A stretch of 64,000 nt of DNA from Lingula anatina (lineage: Eukaryota; Animalia; Brachiopoda). The notes below the pieces were generated by a model. The model was given only the letters and a program-made list of their open reading frames with translations, was not told the DNA's origin and did no database searches. The position numbers and the translations under genes are program-made. Location of the stretch: contig CM120640.1 of the NCBI GenBank assembly GCA_051362555.1, positions 11,470,001 through 11,534,000 of the forward strand, written 5' to 3'. This document shows, piece after piece, positions 25,001-38,500 of this stretch (position 1 is its first letter; every line of letters begins with the position of its first letter).

Positions 25001-25952
25001 GACAAGTCTAAGGTTTTGAGTGGTTTAACCATTTTTTTGTACACATTTCTTTTGTAGAAAATACATTCCAAGGCTTTATCAGACGGGCTTCAAGTTTGTA
25101 TGGAATTTGCAAACAGGTATGAGTGCCCTGATGAAAGTGAAGATGTGTGATATTAATTTAAATCCTGTTTGTATTATTTAAAAGAGATTATATCCTGCTT
25201 GTCTTGATGAAGGAGGAGAGAAAAAGTTAAATTCAAGTAAAATTTATATACATGTATGCGCTGTATTAGCTCACATTTCATCATTATCAAATGTTGATTA
25301 TCTCAGGTTCCTACAACACTGTGTGTATTGATGACTTAGAGGATATAGACCAAACACAGCTGTACAGGTAAAGTAGCCTGTTTTAATCCATATTGCCCTT
25401 TGTTTCTTTCTTCTCACTAAGATATCCAAGTCATCACAAGCCATGAAGAAAATTAAAGAGTTTGTAAACAAGTTCCCCAAAAATAAGTTAAAAAAATAAC
25501 TTTTTACTAGCAGTGCATCTATTCAAATTGTAATTTTTATGGCAGACAGTGGTTTAAGATTGTATGGTGATTTTTAGGAGAGCTTGGAACCCAGGCCACG
25601 AGTCGAGTATGAGGATCCAGAGACAATTCTTGGTGCCACAGTGCTACAGTAGGAGTGTCCATGTCATGACAAATGAGGCAGTCTTCAAAGGTATTGACTA
25701 AAGATGTTGTATTAAGCCACAATACTACAGTAAGAGTGATTTAAATGTGGTTATAATAGGATATGTGAAGATCTGCTTTTAATGTCACACTTTAATGAGT
25801 GTCTTTAATGTCACTTTAATGAGAGTCTTTCTGCTCTCTCTCTCCCTCTTTTTTGTATTTATATATGTATAATTCCTTATTCAGGTCAATCTTTGAAGAT
25901 GCTGTTGGACCCACAGAACTATGTTGCAATTCTTTTAGGAACTCGTCCTTGA
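19047..25952 (+). CDS. DCAF15: DDB1- and CUL4-associated factor 15 (CRL4 substrate receptor)
   Basis: 13 exons: 19047-19169, 20808-20926, 21816-21960, 22217-22323, 22505-22608, 22835-23980, 24190-24284, 24492-24617, 24751-24842, 25058-25116, 25307-25366, 25578-25690, 25885-25952. Motifs GHVFLGFTKDGQYVLSYT, YRLQWW, VRLFGEEEIQQDLYIAVCQW, CLVHGFAVHTKY, WGQRYIAFTDYDMQILEVCP and VMTNEAVFKGQSLKML resemble human DCAF15. Confidence 0.92.
19446..20112 (+). mobile_element. Non-autonomous PIF/Harbinger deletion derivative in DCAF15 intron 1
   Basis: ~31-bp TIRs GGGGCCGTTTCACGAAGCAGTAGTTAGTTAG / CTAACTAACTACTGCTTCGTGAAATGGGCCC and a 3-bp TSD CAG. An internal ORF start (RRQRRLQCFHERQNLLEYTHNDAIYERLRL) resembles a Harbinger transposase N-terminus. 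Confidence 0.8.
20223..20524. mobile_element. Diverged MITE with ~60-bp imperfect TIRs
   Basis: TATGGGATTTTTCACAATGAATTTTTGCTGACCTAGCTCATGTGCA is matched in inverse by TGCACATCAGCTAGGTTGACAAAATTCCTTGTGAAAGGTCCCTAT. Confidence 0.6.
21092..21760 (+). mobile_element. AcademH-like non-autonomous DNA transposon with a RecQ-type helicase remnant
   Basis: ~75-bp near-perfect TIRs (CCCTGAGCTTCAGAGATAACTTGACACTAACCTCTTCACAATAGCCTATCTT...) and an 8-9-bp TSD (A)GGTAAACT. The internal frame from 21438 reads MSISELKPEQFEALHHYLLRDDVFCVLPTGYGKSLIL, i.e. SF2 helicase Q motif plus motif I. Confidence 0.75.
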
Positions 25953-28179
25953 ACAGTTTGATCTGTTTGCACTCTTTTCTTTTTTTTGTTTTGACTACCA
26001 CTGGTTATATACAGACACTGTATTTGAACAGAAACACTGACCACTGGTGTTAAGACAAGTTAACAATTTATGCCAAAAGTTCAGCTTGTTGGAACATTGA
26101 TATATTGCATGAACCTTATTCCTATCACAGCTGGACTAGATTTATAAATACTACTTAGTCACTTTTGCAGATTCAATTTCATGAAATAATCAGATCTTGA
26201 ATTATTAACTTTGAAATCATTCATTTCTGCAGTTAGAACAGTTCCTGATTCTGATAAAATAATTTGAGGATATAGCTGGTCATATATGAACAGCAATTTT
26301 TTTCAGATTGTCTCAAATACATCTTGTATGTGTTGCTACAGGGCATGAGCAGTTTATTTCAGAATTGTCCTCAGAAAACACCAGTGATGTAACCAAAAGG
26401 ATAAAAAAAAACTTTTTTTGAGAAAAAGTGTGAATTTAGCCTTCTGCATATCAGAAAGTTATGTCTTATTTTTTCATTTATGTTTCCTACACTATTATTT
26501 TAATTAGGCTTAATTTTGTTCCTTTTCCAAATCTAGTTTTAAAAGTTCCAGCAGTAATTACAAGTTTTGTATTTGTTATAGATGTAGATTTAACATTTTC
26601 AAGCAGTGTAGTTCGGAGGATATAAAACTAGCAACAACAATCACAATCAGCTATTGTAAGTGGAAATATAACAATTGACTTAAGGATAAAGAAAGTGTTG
26701 GGGTAGATGTTAGTTTTTCATATGACAGTGTTGATATTAAGTTTATTAAAATTTAATCAAATCAAATTTTTAAGTTTTTACTTCATACCAAGGTGGAACA
26801 AGTCAGCTGAAGCTGACAAAATACTCAGTGCTGCAGTCTACCTTCAATACCAATCTGTACACTCAAGTGCTAATCCTGAGTAAGCACCAAATAAAAGTGA
26901 CAAAAAAATTATACCATAACATCTACCTTCTTCAGAAAATGTAGCAATTTGCTAATACAAATGTACATGTCCATAATACTGAAAGAAGCCTCTTCCTGTT
27001 TATTCAGTTGACTGCTCAGAAATTGGCCTCCTAGCTCTACTCGAGAGCTTTGAAGTTACATATGAAGTCAAAATTTTGGCACTAAACCTGACTAAATTTC
27101 ACAATATAGTTTCAAATAACTTGAAAATATACCAAAGAGCATCACCTCAGATTTCTCAAAGAAAAAAATGTATTTGAACAGAGAATTCCCGTTTTATTTC
27201 TGTGCATTCGCAGCAGTAATGAATCTCACATTACTACCCCATTTGGACTTTTACAAACTGGAGGGATGGATAGGTCAAGATAACAACCAGAAATTTGAAG
27301 AAGATGCAGCTTCAACGTAATGCTTTATCCCTTGAAACATCATTTTCAATTGAGTTTGGCTAGTTTAGGTTAAACATTCTGAAGGTTTTTTTTTTCAACC
27401 ATGAATTATGATCCATACATATATACACCAGTTGTCTACATAAAAGCATCATAGGTAAGTCTTGCTAGTTTGAAGGAATACAGGACTGCTGTTTTTCAGG
27501 CCTCCTAATTGTAACATTGCAGTACTTGGCAATGCAGGGAAACATGTCACCCAGAACAGGACTTCTAAAAATTAATTGAAAAAATATCCATTAGGTCCAT
27601 TTCCAGCAAAAATTGAGGCAAACAGATTATCCTTTTTAGTTGTTAAAAGAGATGCTAAAAAAATAATTAATTTAACTGTGAGCTAAGTGGCATCAAGAAA
27701 TGTGCAACACTGCTACCAGGGAGATTTACAATATTGCAGCATGTTCAGTTCCATGTCCATTCGCCTGAAGAGTTTACTTCAGTCATAAATAGTTTGGCTA
27801 GTAATTTAGTACTAAGAGTAATTTAATTCACATGCCAAATCATTTAGCCCTTCAGTCATGAGACTGACCATCATAAACATTTTTTTAACATACAGACTGT
27901 GTGTATGTATATTCTTACCACAGGGCCTCCATGTTGTCACACTTGCTGTCCTAAAGTAAACCATATTTTTGTTTTACTCTAACCTTAAAGAGTAGCATTG
28001 TTTGTTTAAAAAGGTTATTTTTGAAAATCAACATGAACTGATTACTTTTACAAAAGTGATTGTCTTTTCTTTTTTCCATGTTTTGGGGCATTGGCTGCTG
28101 TCAGACAAATGTCCTCAAAATACGTGAAAAAAATCAGGTCTGCACTCGCTGCATGAGTGACACATTATTATATAAACAT

Positions 28180-29050
28180 TACAGCAATAGGTGCAAATTA
28201 TCATTTGCAGCTAATTTTCTATAAAAGACCATCACATATTTTGCAGAAACTGCAGTTAATGAACAATCAATTACTCAAAAATGAGCAAAGACATATATAT
28301 ATATATATATATCACTGGTTCAGCTGGGTACATTCAGGAGATGCTAGTTTCCTCTGTAACTGCACCTACAAGTTAAACATTTCATTGTGTATGGACCCAA
28401 AAAGTTGACTTTATTATCAGTATTGGTTAACAACATAATATATAGAAGCAAGGAGTTACAACTGTTGTAACTCCTTGATAGAAGTGACAGATGATAGGAC
28501 GCCTGTTTTAAAGAGTCGTCATACAAGATAAAAGCGTTGTTTTTAGAAATAGTTATAGATTTAGTTATAGCCTTTTATTCACATTCAAAATTCTTTAATA
28601 TTACTGACACCAGAATGACCTTCATGAAATTTTATAATGTCATTATCATAATTCCCCATCAAACACACAAAAATTTTAACACATAATTAAACATAACAGT
28701 AATAGATGCAAATTATCATTTGCGGACACTTTTCTATTGAAGACCACCATCAGAGATTTCTCAGAAACTGTGCAGTTAATGAGCAAACAGTGAATCTGAA
28801 ATTAGCACACACGTAGTTCATGATAAACCTCTGTAACTGATGAAATGTTTAATTGCGTATTACATGTAGCCTGAAAAGTTAACTACAAGACTTAATAGTT
28901 GAGACCAACAAGATTCAATTCTCGTTTTTAAGAGTGGTCACATAACACAAACACCAAAATATTTTTAGATCTGGATACTGTCTTCAACTCAAGTTCAAAA
29001 TTATTTTACATTTCAGTCACCACAATGACCTCCATACACTTTATTTTATT
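28180..29050. repeat. Diverged ~500-bp tandem duplication downstream of the SNX stop codon
   Basis: TAAACATTACAGCAATAGGTGCAAATTATCATTTGCAG...CAGAAACTGCAGTTAATGA (~28172) is repeated as TAAACATAACAGTAATAGATGCAAATTATCATTTGCGG...CAGAAACTGTGCAGTTAATGA (~28688). Further collinear matches follow (AAAAGTT, AGAGT, TCAAAATT, AATGACCT). Confidence 0.7.
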
Positions 29051-30341
29051 ATATACATTGTTCAATAGAATTTCACATTATTTACATTCAAAATACAAAA
29101 ACAAATTAACGAGTTTTCACAAATTGCACATTAAAAATCTAAGGATAATTTTTTGTCAAGCCTGCACCATGATATGAGATCATATAATTACCCTGTCTTA
29201 TAAAACATCTTAATATATATCTGCTTAGGGTTTCAATAATACATACATTTTAGATATCTTGTCCAGCCCAATTTATTTTACATCAAATATAAAAATTACA
29301 AGGCATTATTATAATAACAAAACGGGCTTATAAATTTCTTTTTATTCCAGCAGGCAAAAACAAGAGTTATTCCCAAAGGTCTTGAAGAAATTACTGTCAT
29401 TTGAATCGCATGCAAATTCCAGCACATGCATAATCTGATGAGGCCCAAATTTGGTGATTGAATAAAAGATAAAACAAGGTTAATGCAAGGCTTATCAAGC
29501 AAATACTTGAAAAGTGAAGTCCAGTTAAAGAAAAATTAAACAATGTAACCATAGTGACAAAGAGAGAGCAACATTTAACCATTGCTACATATCTGAATTC
29601 TTGAAACCACTTTTTCTATAAAGTGCATGTACTGAACTCGTTTGGCATAAAAGTACCACTGTTCGGTAGACCCACTGCCTTTTGATAAGCCCCTTATTTC
29701 ATGACACACAGTCAACTGTAAAATTCAAAAGCACTGATCTTTCATGCATTTTTCTAATGCACTATTGTTGACATAGCAACAAATTATCACTGTTGCTGAT
29801 ACTTTCTATATTTTGAAACCATGCAAATCAAGAAAATGAGCAGATTCCCCATTTCACACACCAAAAAATACATTTTCACATTTTCACATTTCACATTTTG
29901 ACCATCACAGCAACAGGTGAAAAATGCCATTTGCTCCTACTGCTCCAACTTTGATGTAACTGCAACATGTGCTATATGTCAGAGTAGGTCAGAGTATTGA
30001 CAATGTGTGTAGAGATGTGGTCATGTGTCATATGACTTGCCTTACAGGTATATATTTGAACTCCGCCCTGACATTTCATTCAGTTCAGCAACATGGTCTC
30101 CCCCGTCCACATTGTTTTATGTTTTAATTAGTTTTCAGAAGTTTTCACTAGTTTTCATAAGTGTGTCTCCACTTTTCTCCAGTTAACAGAATTTAGTGAA
30201 ATACAATATATGCATTTCAAGAACGCTTTTCTAGTTTTCAAGGGTTATGGTAGTGTCATGGCAACATTTGCTATTAATGAAACATCAATCGAGAACAAGT
30301 TAACATCACACAACAAGTACAAGTTAATTTGGTCCTGATGT

Positions 30342-33300
30342 CTAGTCTTCCTCTTTCTTGGTCTCTTGCTCTGTGTTCTGTATCAGTGGAATGGCATCTT
30401 CCCATGCTTTTAATGACTGTAAAAAGAATAATATCATTTCTTTATGCTTTTAATCATCTGCTTTCCTGTCCATGCATGTAACTAATGCCATTCACACTTT
30501 TCTTTGTTTACATAATGAGATATAGGTAATTTCTAAATAAACAAGGCAGCAAAGCTGTCAAATGTACAGACAAAAAACAGGAAATAACTATGCACAAAAT
30601 GGCTACTGTCAATTCTGATGCAAAAGTACATTCCTTAAAATGTGTTTACAGTGTTGCATATATGCTGAAAAGTGAAAAAACAGCATAACTTATACAATAA
30701 TGGCCCGATCATGCTGATTTTCGAACTTGACCTGCGTTTTATGAATATTCATCAGCTCTGTAAATATAAAGCCAAAAAGTAAAACTGCCCTCCACTTATC
30801 GTGTTTACAAGGAAAGTGCACGGCGCCGGCATCGGCATCGGCGACGGCGACGACAGACGCAGGTGATGGCAATATGTACAGACACATCTGTGTCTGTACA
30901 TAAAAATGTGAGAAAAAATAGTTTGAAATTTAAAAATGAACAACTGAAAGTCAAAGTGGTGTTTTTTCCCAAATACAGAAACAACACAAAAGCCATTCCA
31001 TCACAATCCCACATTATTTTCCCATAAAATATGAATGCAACAAGTACCAGATCTAAAGAAACATCTCAAATTAGCAATACAATTAGTAGTTCACCTTTTC
31101 ATAGAAACTAATCTGTTTGTCAGCCATTTTGATAAAGAGGTCTCTGAAATCTTTCCTCTTGAACTTGTGCCACCTCTCCATGTCTGCCTTCAGGTCCGAG
31201 TCTGCACACACTGTACGGTCATTCAGTCGCTCCACCTCTTTGGCAAGCTATTCAATAAATTTTTAACAACCATAAACTTTGATTTTTCTTTTTGTAAAAA
31301 AAGTGGTTTATTAGTTAATATGTATACTCAAGATGACAACAAAGTTAAATTGAAATCTTGAAAATTGCAGTTGTCAAAACAATATCAAGCATGGCACCCA
31401 TATGTAAGGTAATACAATAAAATCATTTGCTCTCGCATCATATCATATCTGCTGGCCTATCAACAAGCTCACCATTTTATTTTGTTCACCACACTGTCAG
31501 TATTAACCTTTTTCATCTTTTGCGGAAATACGAAGTGCGCATGACAGGAACCGCGCGCCACAGGGGTCATAGTGGTCCTCTGCTGTTTCCAGCATGGCAA
31601 TGCTAGGTGTAGATGATGTACAAGGTGCGCATATAAAAAGGTCGTATGAAGCGTGCATTGCTTTCTGTCAAACTAAAAAGGTGGCTGAAGCACAGAAATG
31701 CGTAAACTGTAGGCAAGAAACAGCTATTTGGACGGAGAATGAAGCAATTAAATATTTTCTTTCTCAGTTTAAATACGATGCGCTTTACAACTAGACTTCA
31801 CCTCAGCGTCCGAGCCTTGGCTGTACTTTCAATAGTGATGACGAACTAAAGCTTCGGAGTTCTTTTAAATGCTTCCGATAATAAAGATATGCGAAGGAGA
31901 CTCGTTATTTTTTTATGTATAAAATCAAAACAGCCAGTAAAGCTTTCAAGAGTGTGGACAGGTGCGCAGGCCTACGTCTTCACAATTTTGTACATGTATA
32001 TATGCAAGCTGTGGCGATATCACCTCATGTAATGGCAGTGTCAATTCATTACGATTTTTATGTCTTGTTTGAAGGATATCTTAAGGGATTTTTAAAGTGA
32101 TAAAATGAAAAGATTTCCTGCATTGTTTGACTCGTAGCTACTGTGTATACAGGTAAAACTGACACGCAGATCGTTCGTCGGTGAACTGATTAAATCGTTT
32201 GGTACCTGATAAGGCATCAGGTGTTACTTGTTCAATTGTTCGGTAAGGCGGGCGGCCACAACTACGACCTTTCCTCTGTAATTAAAACCTTTTAAGTGTT
32301 AAATAGGTGAGACAGGAATTCTCGACTCTTTCCCAGACGATAATTAAAGTTTACCGTGTCTTACTCTAGTATATGTACAAAATTTACGACAGGTAAAAAA
32401 TGTCAGCCTTTCGGTCTGACAAGTATGAAAATTTTGTCAAACTGAAACAAAAACAAAATTATAGCAAGAGGCCAAATTATTTGATTTTTAAATGTTTTCA
32501 TGCGTATTTTCATCGTTTTCAATCACAGACAATTAAATCATTCAAATAATGTGTTTCCCACGCATTTCATACTTTTCAACTATCTAAGACAGTTAAATAT
32601 ACGTAGGCCTACTTTAATACTAAGCATATTTGTATTACTTTACAAATACGTTGTTGGATTATGTTTATTATCCATTTTGTCTTTACCATACATGTATTAT
32701 GTACGTGTAGCTTACAGAAAGGCTTTTCTGCATTTTTTGTATTTTCCAATTCTCTTGTCATTGAGTTCAGAAATAAATAACTTTTTATTTCGCCGATAAC
32801 GCGTTCAACAAGAGCCGATGTACTTTCTTCTTCGTATGTCTCTGTTGATCTTGATAATATGAGCCCCGTTTGTACAAATCAGTAATACGTATACAGGACT
32901 GAATACATAATAATAAAAATTTTATTAACGTCTCACGTAAAAAAAAATCCTGCTAAGGGTTATTAGAGACTAAAACCTGTTATGGGCCTACAGCATTTAA
33001 AATGATCACTTATCAATAAAACACACACAAAAAGGATATTACATACAAAACTTTTCAAACCTTCTCTTTGTTGTTACACAAAAAGTCGTGAAAGTTCTTG
33101 AATTTTTTATAAGTAGAATCCCCGTGTAAAACTTCACAGCTTTTACTTTCTTTTTCCATAATCTCATGCTTGAAGTCTTTTCTTAATTTTTAGGCCCCGG
33201 CCTTTTCTTCAATTTTTTCTTCAAATCTTTATAATGTTTTTTTTCTCGCATTTTTTACCCCCCGAGTTCTATTTGCCGATAGTTCGTTATATCCGTTGTT

Positions 33301-35511
33301 TAACTAAGCATTTCTGTTTTTTATTAAAGCACCGTTGATCTCCTAATATTATAGTTTTTCTTCCCGCCTTCGAAATGTTCAGCGCAAACGCGGTGCCCTG
33401 CTTTTGATCCAAACCTGCTATATTTTCCTTTCTTTTTACCATATTTTTCATTCTAACGGGTTTGTTGGGAACTTGTTAAACCTCATGTGTCAATCTCGCT
33501 TACTGTTATTGTAGTAGCGGGACAAAAAGCACGTAAACCCAGCCATGGTTTTTAGCACCGCTGTAAGTGTTTCGACGTAGCAGGGCTCCCTTACCCACAA
33601 TGCAATTTCAATTTCCGGAAAAGATGAAAAAGGCTAATATAAAGTTAAATGCATGAGTGTAGAATTCCATGCAGAAATTGTGATTGGGAGAAAAGCAATG
33701 CATTTGTACCTGCTGACAGTGTGCATTATGATGATATGTTTAAGTATGTAGTCTATATAAATAATACTAGAAAATCTACCAACTAGTTTTTGGAGTAGGT
33801 ATAGAATAATATTTACACACACACAAAGCAGGGTGTGCAAATAACTTGTAAAGTAACCATACTGCAAAAGTGTAAACTTGGCTGAAAAATCAGAAATAAG
33901 ATATGCAGAAAAACACTGTAAAATTAATGTAATTGTGCCATTCCCCTTTTAAATTTGGCAATTTGTGCAACTCATCTGGAGTGCTCAATTGAAAAATAAA
34001 TGACTGCAAAAACGCCTTAAATCCTGGCCAATCAATCAACAATGTAAATCAATAGATCATGATTTAAGACGACCAAGTACCTCCTCTATTTGCTGTTCCA
34101 GTTTCTCTTTTTTCCCTTGTTTTACTTCAGAGGGGTCTTTCCCAAGAAGAGAGCCAAAGGAAAAAGATGGGTCTGATATCTTAACCTACAAAATAAATTG
34201 TCACCAATACTACCAAGGGCCATGCATATACATACCTCAGAAAGGTCAGTTTTCTGCAGCATTAAAAAAACAGAGATGAATGTTAAGCATCAATGATTTT
34301 TTCCCCACATTCACAGAAAATAACAAATAAGTGCATTTATTAGTGTAAGTGAATCAAATGATGATTCATGTAAATCCTCACCCACTTCAGTGCACAGATA
34401 AAGCCCCCTGATGAAAATAGTATTTTTTGCTACACAACAAAGATTGAGAACTTCCTACAATGTTTATAATGTGCAGGGGCATATAGTGACAGTGTCATTC
34501 AAAGTATTAATTTTAATTTTCACTTATTTATATTCTTGCTTTATGCTCCTCGTCAAATAAAATAATGCCCACATTATCTATGCAATGAATAAAGCATTAA
34601 GATGGGCAATAAGTTTTTCAACTCAACAAATCCTACTCATACTTCTGATCAGTCACACTGTTCTTACTAAAACACCAAAACTAAAAGCACTTCACACCTG
34701 GTCATCATAAAAAGTGAGTTGTCAATATATATGTATGTGTAGCTATTTATATCCACAAAACATAATATGCAAACAAACAAATAAATAACAAACAAACAAA
34801 TAAATAAATAATGAATACATGAACAATTAAATAAAAAACAAATAAATAAAAATAATAAACAAACAAACTGCAATGAAATAACAATAAATGTGCAGCACAA
34901 CATTAATACCCACAGCTTCTTTTTCATCCTTTTTTTTCTGTAGTTCCTCTGCAGCTAGTTCATACTCCATCTGCATGGCATCCCGTCTCCTTAACACTGC
35001 TTTCACTGCCTCTACATACAGAATGTACTCCTTTAGAGACTGGCCAAATTCTCCTTCAGTTTCACTGATCTGGAACACACAATACAGAATTTTGCTTTGT
35101 GAATTTTATATTTGTTGTTTTTACATTGCGTTCCTGCCACTGCTATGTTTTTTTTTTTTTTTTTGTTACATCTGTAACTAATCAGCATAAGTATTCTGCT
35201 ACATAAGTTGTAACATAGATGCAACTTTTATATGCAAAGATTATCTTTGTTATTAACTATTAAATCTTCATAATCTAAAACTTCTTAAATCAAAAAGTAA
35301 ATATTTCAGTGTCTGAAAGAAACTTAGTGAAGCGTGATGAGAATGTTAAGGGTTAGGTGTGAAGAATATTTCAAATGTTAAATCTTTTATTTTCTGGAAC
35401 AAGGTGAATCACTGGCTTGTAAACAAGGGTACAAAATCAGCAGGAGAAATACTGATAATGGCATAATGCAAAAGTTTTTTTAATCACATGCAGTTGTACA
35501 TACCCCATCAA

Positions 35512-35568
<57 letters not shown>

Positions 35569-38500
35569 TTTCAGTCCAAATTATTTCAATCCACCCACCC
35601 CCCTCCCACACAAGTGATGCAGTAATTGAAAATTCTCACGTGCTCTAGAGACAGGCCTTGTCCTAAATGTGTAAGAACCTGCAAATTGAAAAAGCACCCA
35701 CATTCCAATATAACCAAAAGGAAATAAGAGCTGGAACTCCCCTTATACAAAACATTTTGACAATCAAAAATTGAAAACAAAATTTAAATAAAATTATTTC
35801 AAAGTAGCGATGACAAATGACAGACCAATACTGCATTGCAATATGAAAAAGAAAAGCTGTACATGCAGACATACAGCCAGACAGACTGCAGTGGAGAGCT
35901 TTGTCAAACAACTTCTGACAAAAAATGTTGTCACAACTCAAAAAAGATTAGTTGTTCCCTGGAATGCATCAAATTTAGAAACCTTTTATGTACCTGGTAA
36001 CCTATCTTTATAGAAGTATCTACCTACAGATCCAAAGACAGGTTAATCCTGTATATAATGTTTAAATAATACCTACAGTCCTGAAGTGATAAATCTGATA
36101 ACAAGCTCTACAAGACCATGAATATTGACATATATCTACACTGCATTACAAGAAATCTAAATGAAAAAGTGCACAACAACATACTCACATACTGCAGAAC
36201 TAGATGAAAAGGTGAAGACTTACTGACTCCTGTACTGCATTACAACAGGTCTCTATGGAATGTGCCACAGCTGTCAGTGCTGTGGAGAGCTCATCCTCAG
36301 AATTAGACCAAAGTGTGAATACTGGACCTATCTCATTCAGCTCGGTGACATATTCTGTTAAAAAACAATTCATAAAAGATGTAAGATAAGAACACAGATA
36401 AAAAATCTCAATGTATGCAGTGCCCATTATAAGCAAATAAATATTATCGTCACCTCAAGCTTATTGGTTTAGAGATCCCACCTAACCCTCACTCACCCAT
36501 TTGTTCTTTGACTAATCTCTGCTGAATTCTGTCCATGGTGCCAAGTTTCTCACCAAATGTCTGAATGTATTCCTGTAACATAGTAAACTCCGGGCTGCGG
36601 TTCTTCATCATATATGATGCACTTAAATTACGAAGGGAATCTGCAGTTCGACTGATAAATCCTGAACCTTGTTTTTTATATGCTTGGAATTCCTGTTAAA
36701 AAAAAAACTTATAAACATGAATCCCACACTTTTTTTGTGAGCATGAAATTCCTATTGTGATGAGAATCAACAAGTGTTGCATATTGAGCCACTTAATGCA
36801 AACTACTCTCTGTAATACGATGATACAGCTAATATGCAAAACATTGAATCCCAACAATTAATCAAAGAATCACAGCATTATTGGGTTAAACACAAAAAAT
36901 ATAGTACTTACAAACTGTTTTGCAGTCAAAAAAACTTTGAGATGCTCATTAAACGACAGCACTGGGTGATCTTCTAGTCGACTCATGAACTTCTGCAAGG
37001 CCTTCTCTCTGTTTTTGAGAAATTCTGGGCTAAATCTGTCCAGCCTGCGAAGACTGTGTTTTTCTGGTAATGGCTGCATAAACACAAAATATTAAACAAA
37101 ATGATTATATAATTACTTGTAAAATTATGTTGGCTAGTGCAAATGATAGAAAGAATGCACTGTAAATATGCAATGAAGTTATCTTTTGTACTACAACATA
37201 ATGAATCACCAATATATATAATTGTAAGTGTCACTTATCTCAAAGCGAAATATTTGACTTTGAAAAGTTGTATTCACATTAAATGAAATTTAATGACAGC
37301 ATTACCGGTATAAGATGTGAAGGCTGAGTTTCTTCCAGACGTTGTCGTAACCAAAGGAAATCATTGTAGCGTCTTCTCACACTGTACTCGTGATTGTCAA
37401 AGTCACACCTTGTGGTCTACAAGATTGAATAAAATTTATTTAAAAAAAAAAAAAGATAAAAAGCCAGCAAATCTGGCAGTTAATGCTTAAAATAACAGAC
37501 GCAGCGACTTTAAAACAGTCTAAAAATGATGAACAACCATTTTAACAATGACAAAGCACCAAATATTTTTTATCAGTTTTGACACAGTATAAGATAAAGA
37601 TTAATGGAATAATTGCCACCAATTTCAATTGTTACTGTAGACATTCAGAAAAAAAGAAATAAGCACAGAGACATCATTATTTCCTGTGGTGAAAAGTGAC
37701 AGGCAATAGTCTGTTAATATAATATATATCACCATTTCATTACTGTACCTTTGTAGTGATCTTGAACGTAATATATGACTCCATTGTGGTAACATGCTTC
37801 TCTGGATTGTCAACAACAATAAACAAGTCCTTTGTTTCATTATCCAACTGTTCATCTTCCAACTCCAAATTCCTAATTCCAGAGCCTTCTAACAAGTCTG
37901 CTGTTGTAGAATTTTCTGAATCCTGGTGAAACAACAAAATGCAATGTGCAGTAGTAGTGTCATTATGCATAAAAACTCAAAGACCAGAAATCTATGTTTT
38001 TCTCTAGCTCTCTTTTTTTACAATATTATAATATTCAATATTTAAATAAAATGAAGTGCATATAAAGCTAAAATCACACAAAAGATATGCTCCTGATCAA
38101 TGGTACTTTCTCACAATCTGCTTTACCTTTAAGCTTCCTATCTTGCATGCAGTTGATAAGTCAAATGCTCTTGCCGAAATGATACTAGATTTGCAAAGAC
38201 ATGTACGCAATTTGATTATGCAGCCATGCAGGAGTCAACTAATCATCTCTTCAGTTCAAATACTTAGAACCCAAGCACTTGGATGGGCAATGATTGGTTA
38301 TTTAATATTGACTTCTTGCTATGAATATGGACTTTAAATTATCTAAAAAAAAGTCATATATATCAGGGGGTTTGTTTCATTTACATTCAATTATTGATTG
38401 AATCCCAGAGTCTATTGTGTCAAAGATATGGTTGTCTTGCTAATCAATTCCAAAGCACACCAACACATATATTGGTAAATTTACTGAACATGAAATATGT

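Noticed and set aside
31503-33637. piggyBac assignment from TTAA/CTAA flanks and CC...GG ends
   Set aside because: The inverted match extends through those bases, and the internal remnants are THAP and SAP-like rather than piggyBac transposase.
34358-34412. C/D-box snoRNA (ATGATGA...CTGA)
   Set aside because: It is antisense to the host gene, only about 55 nt long, and has no terminal stem or recognisable guide.
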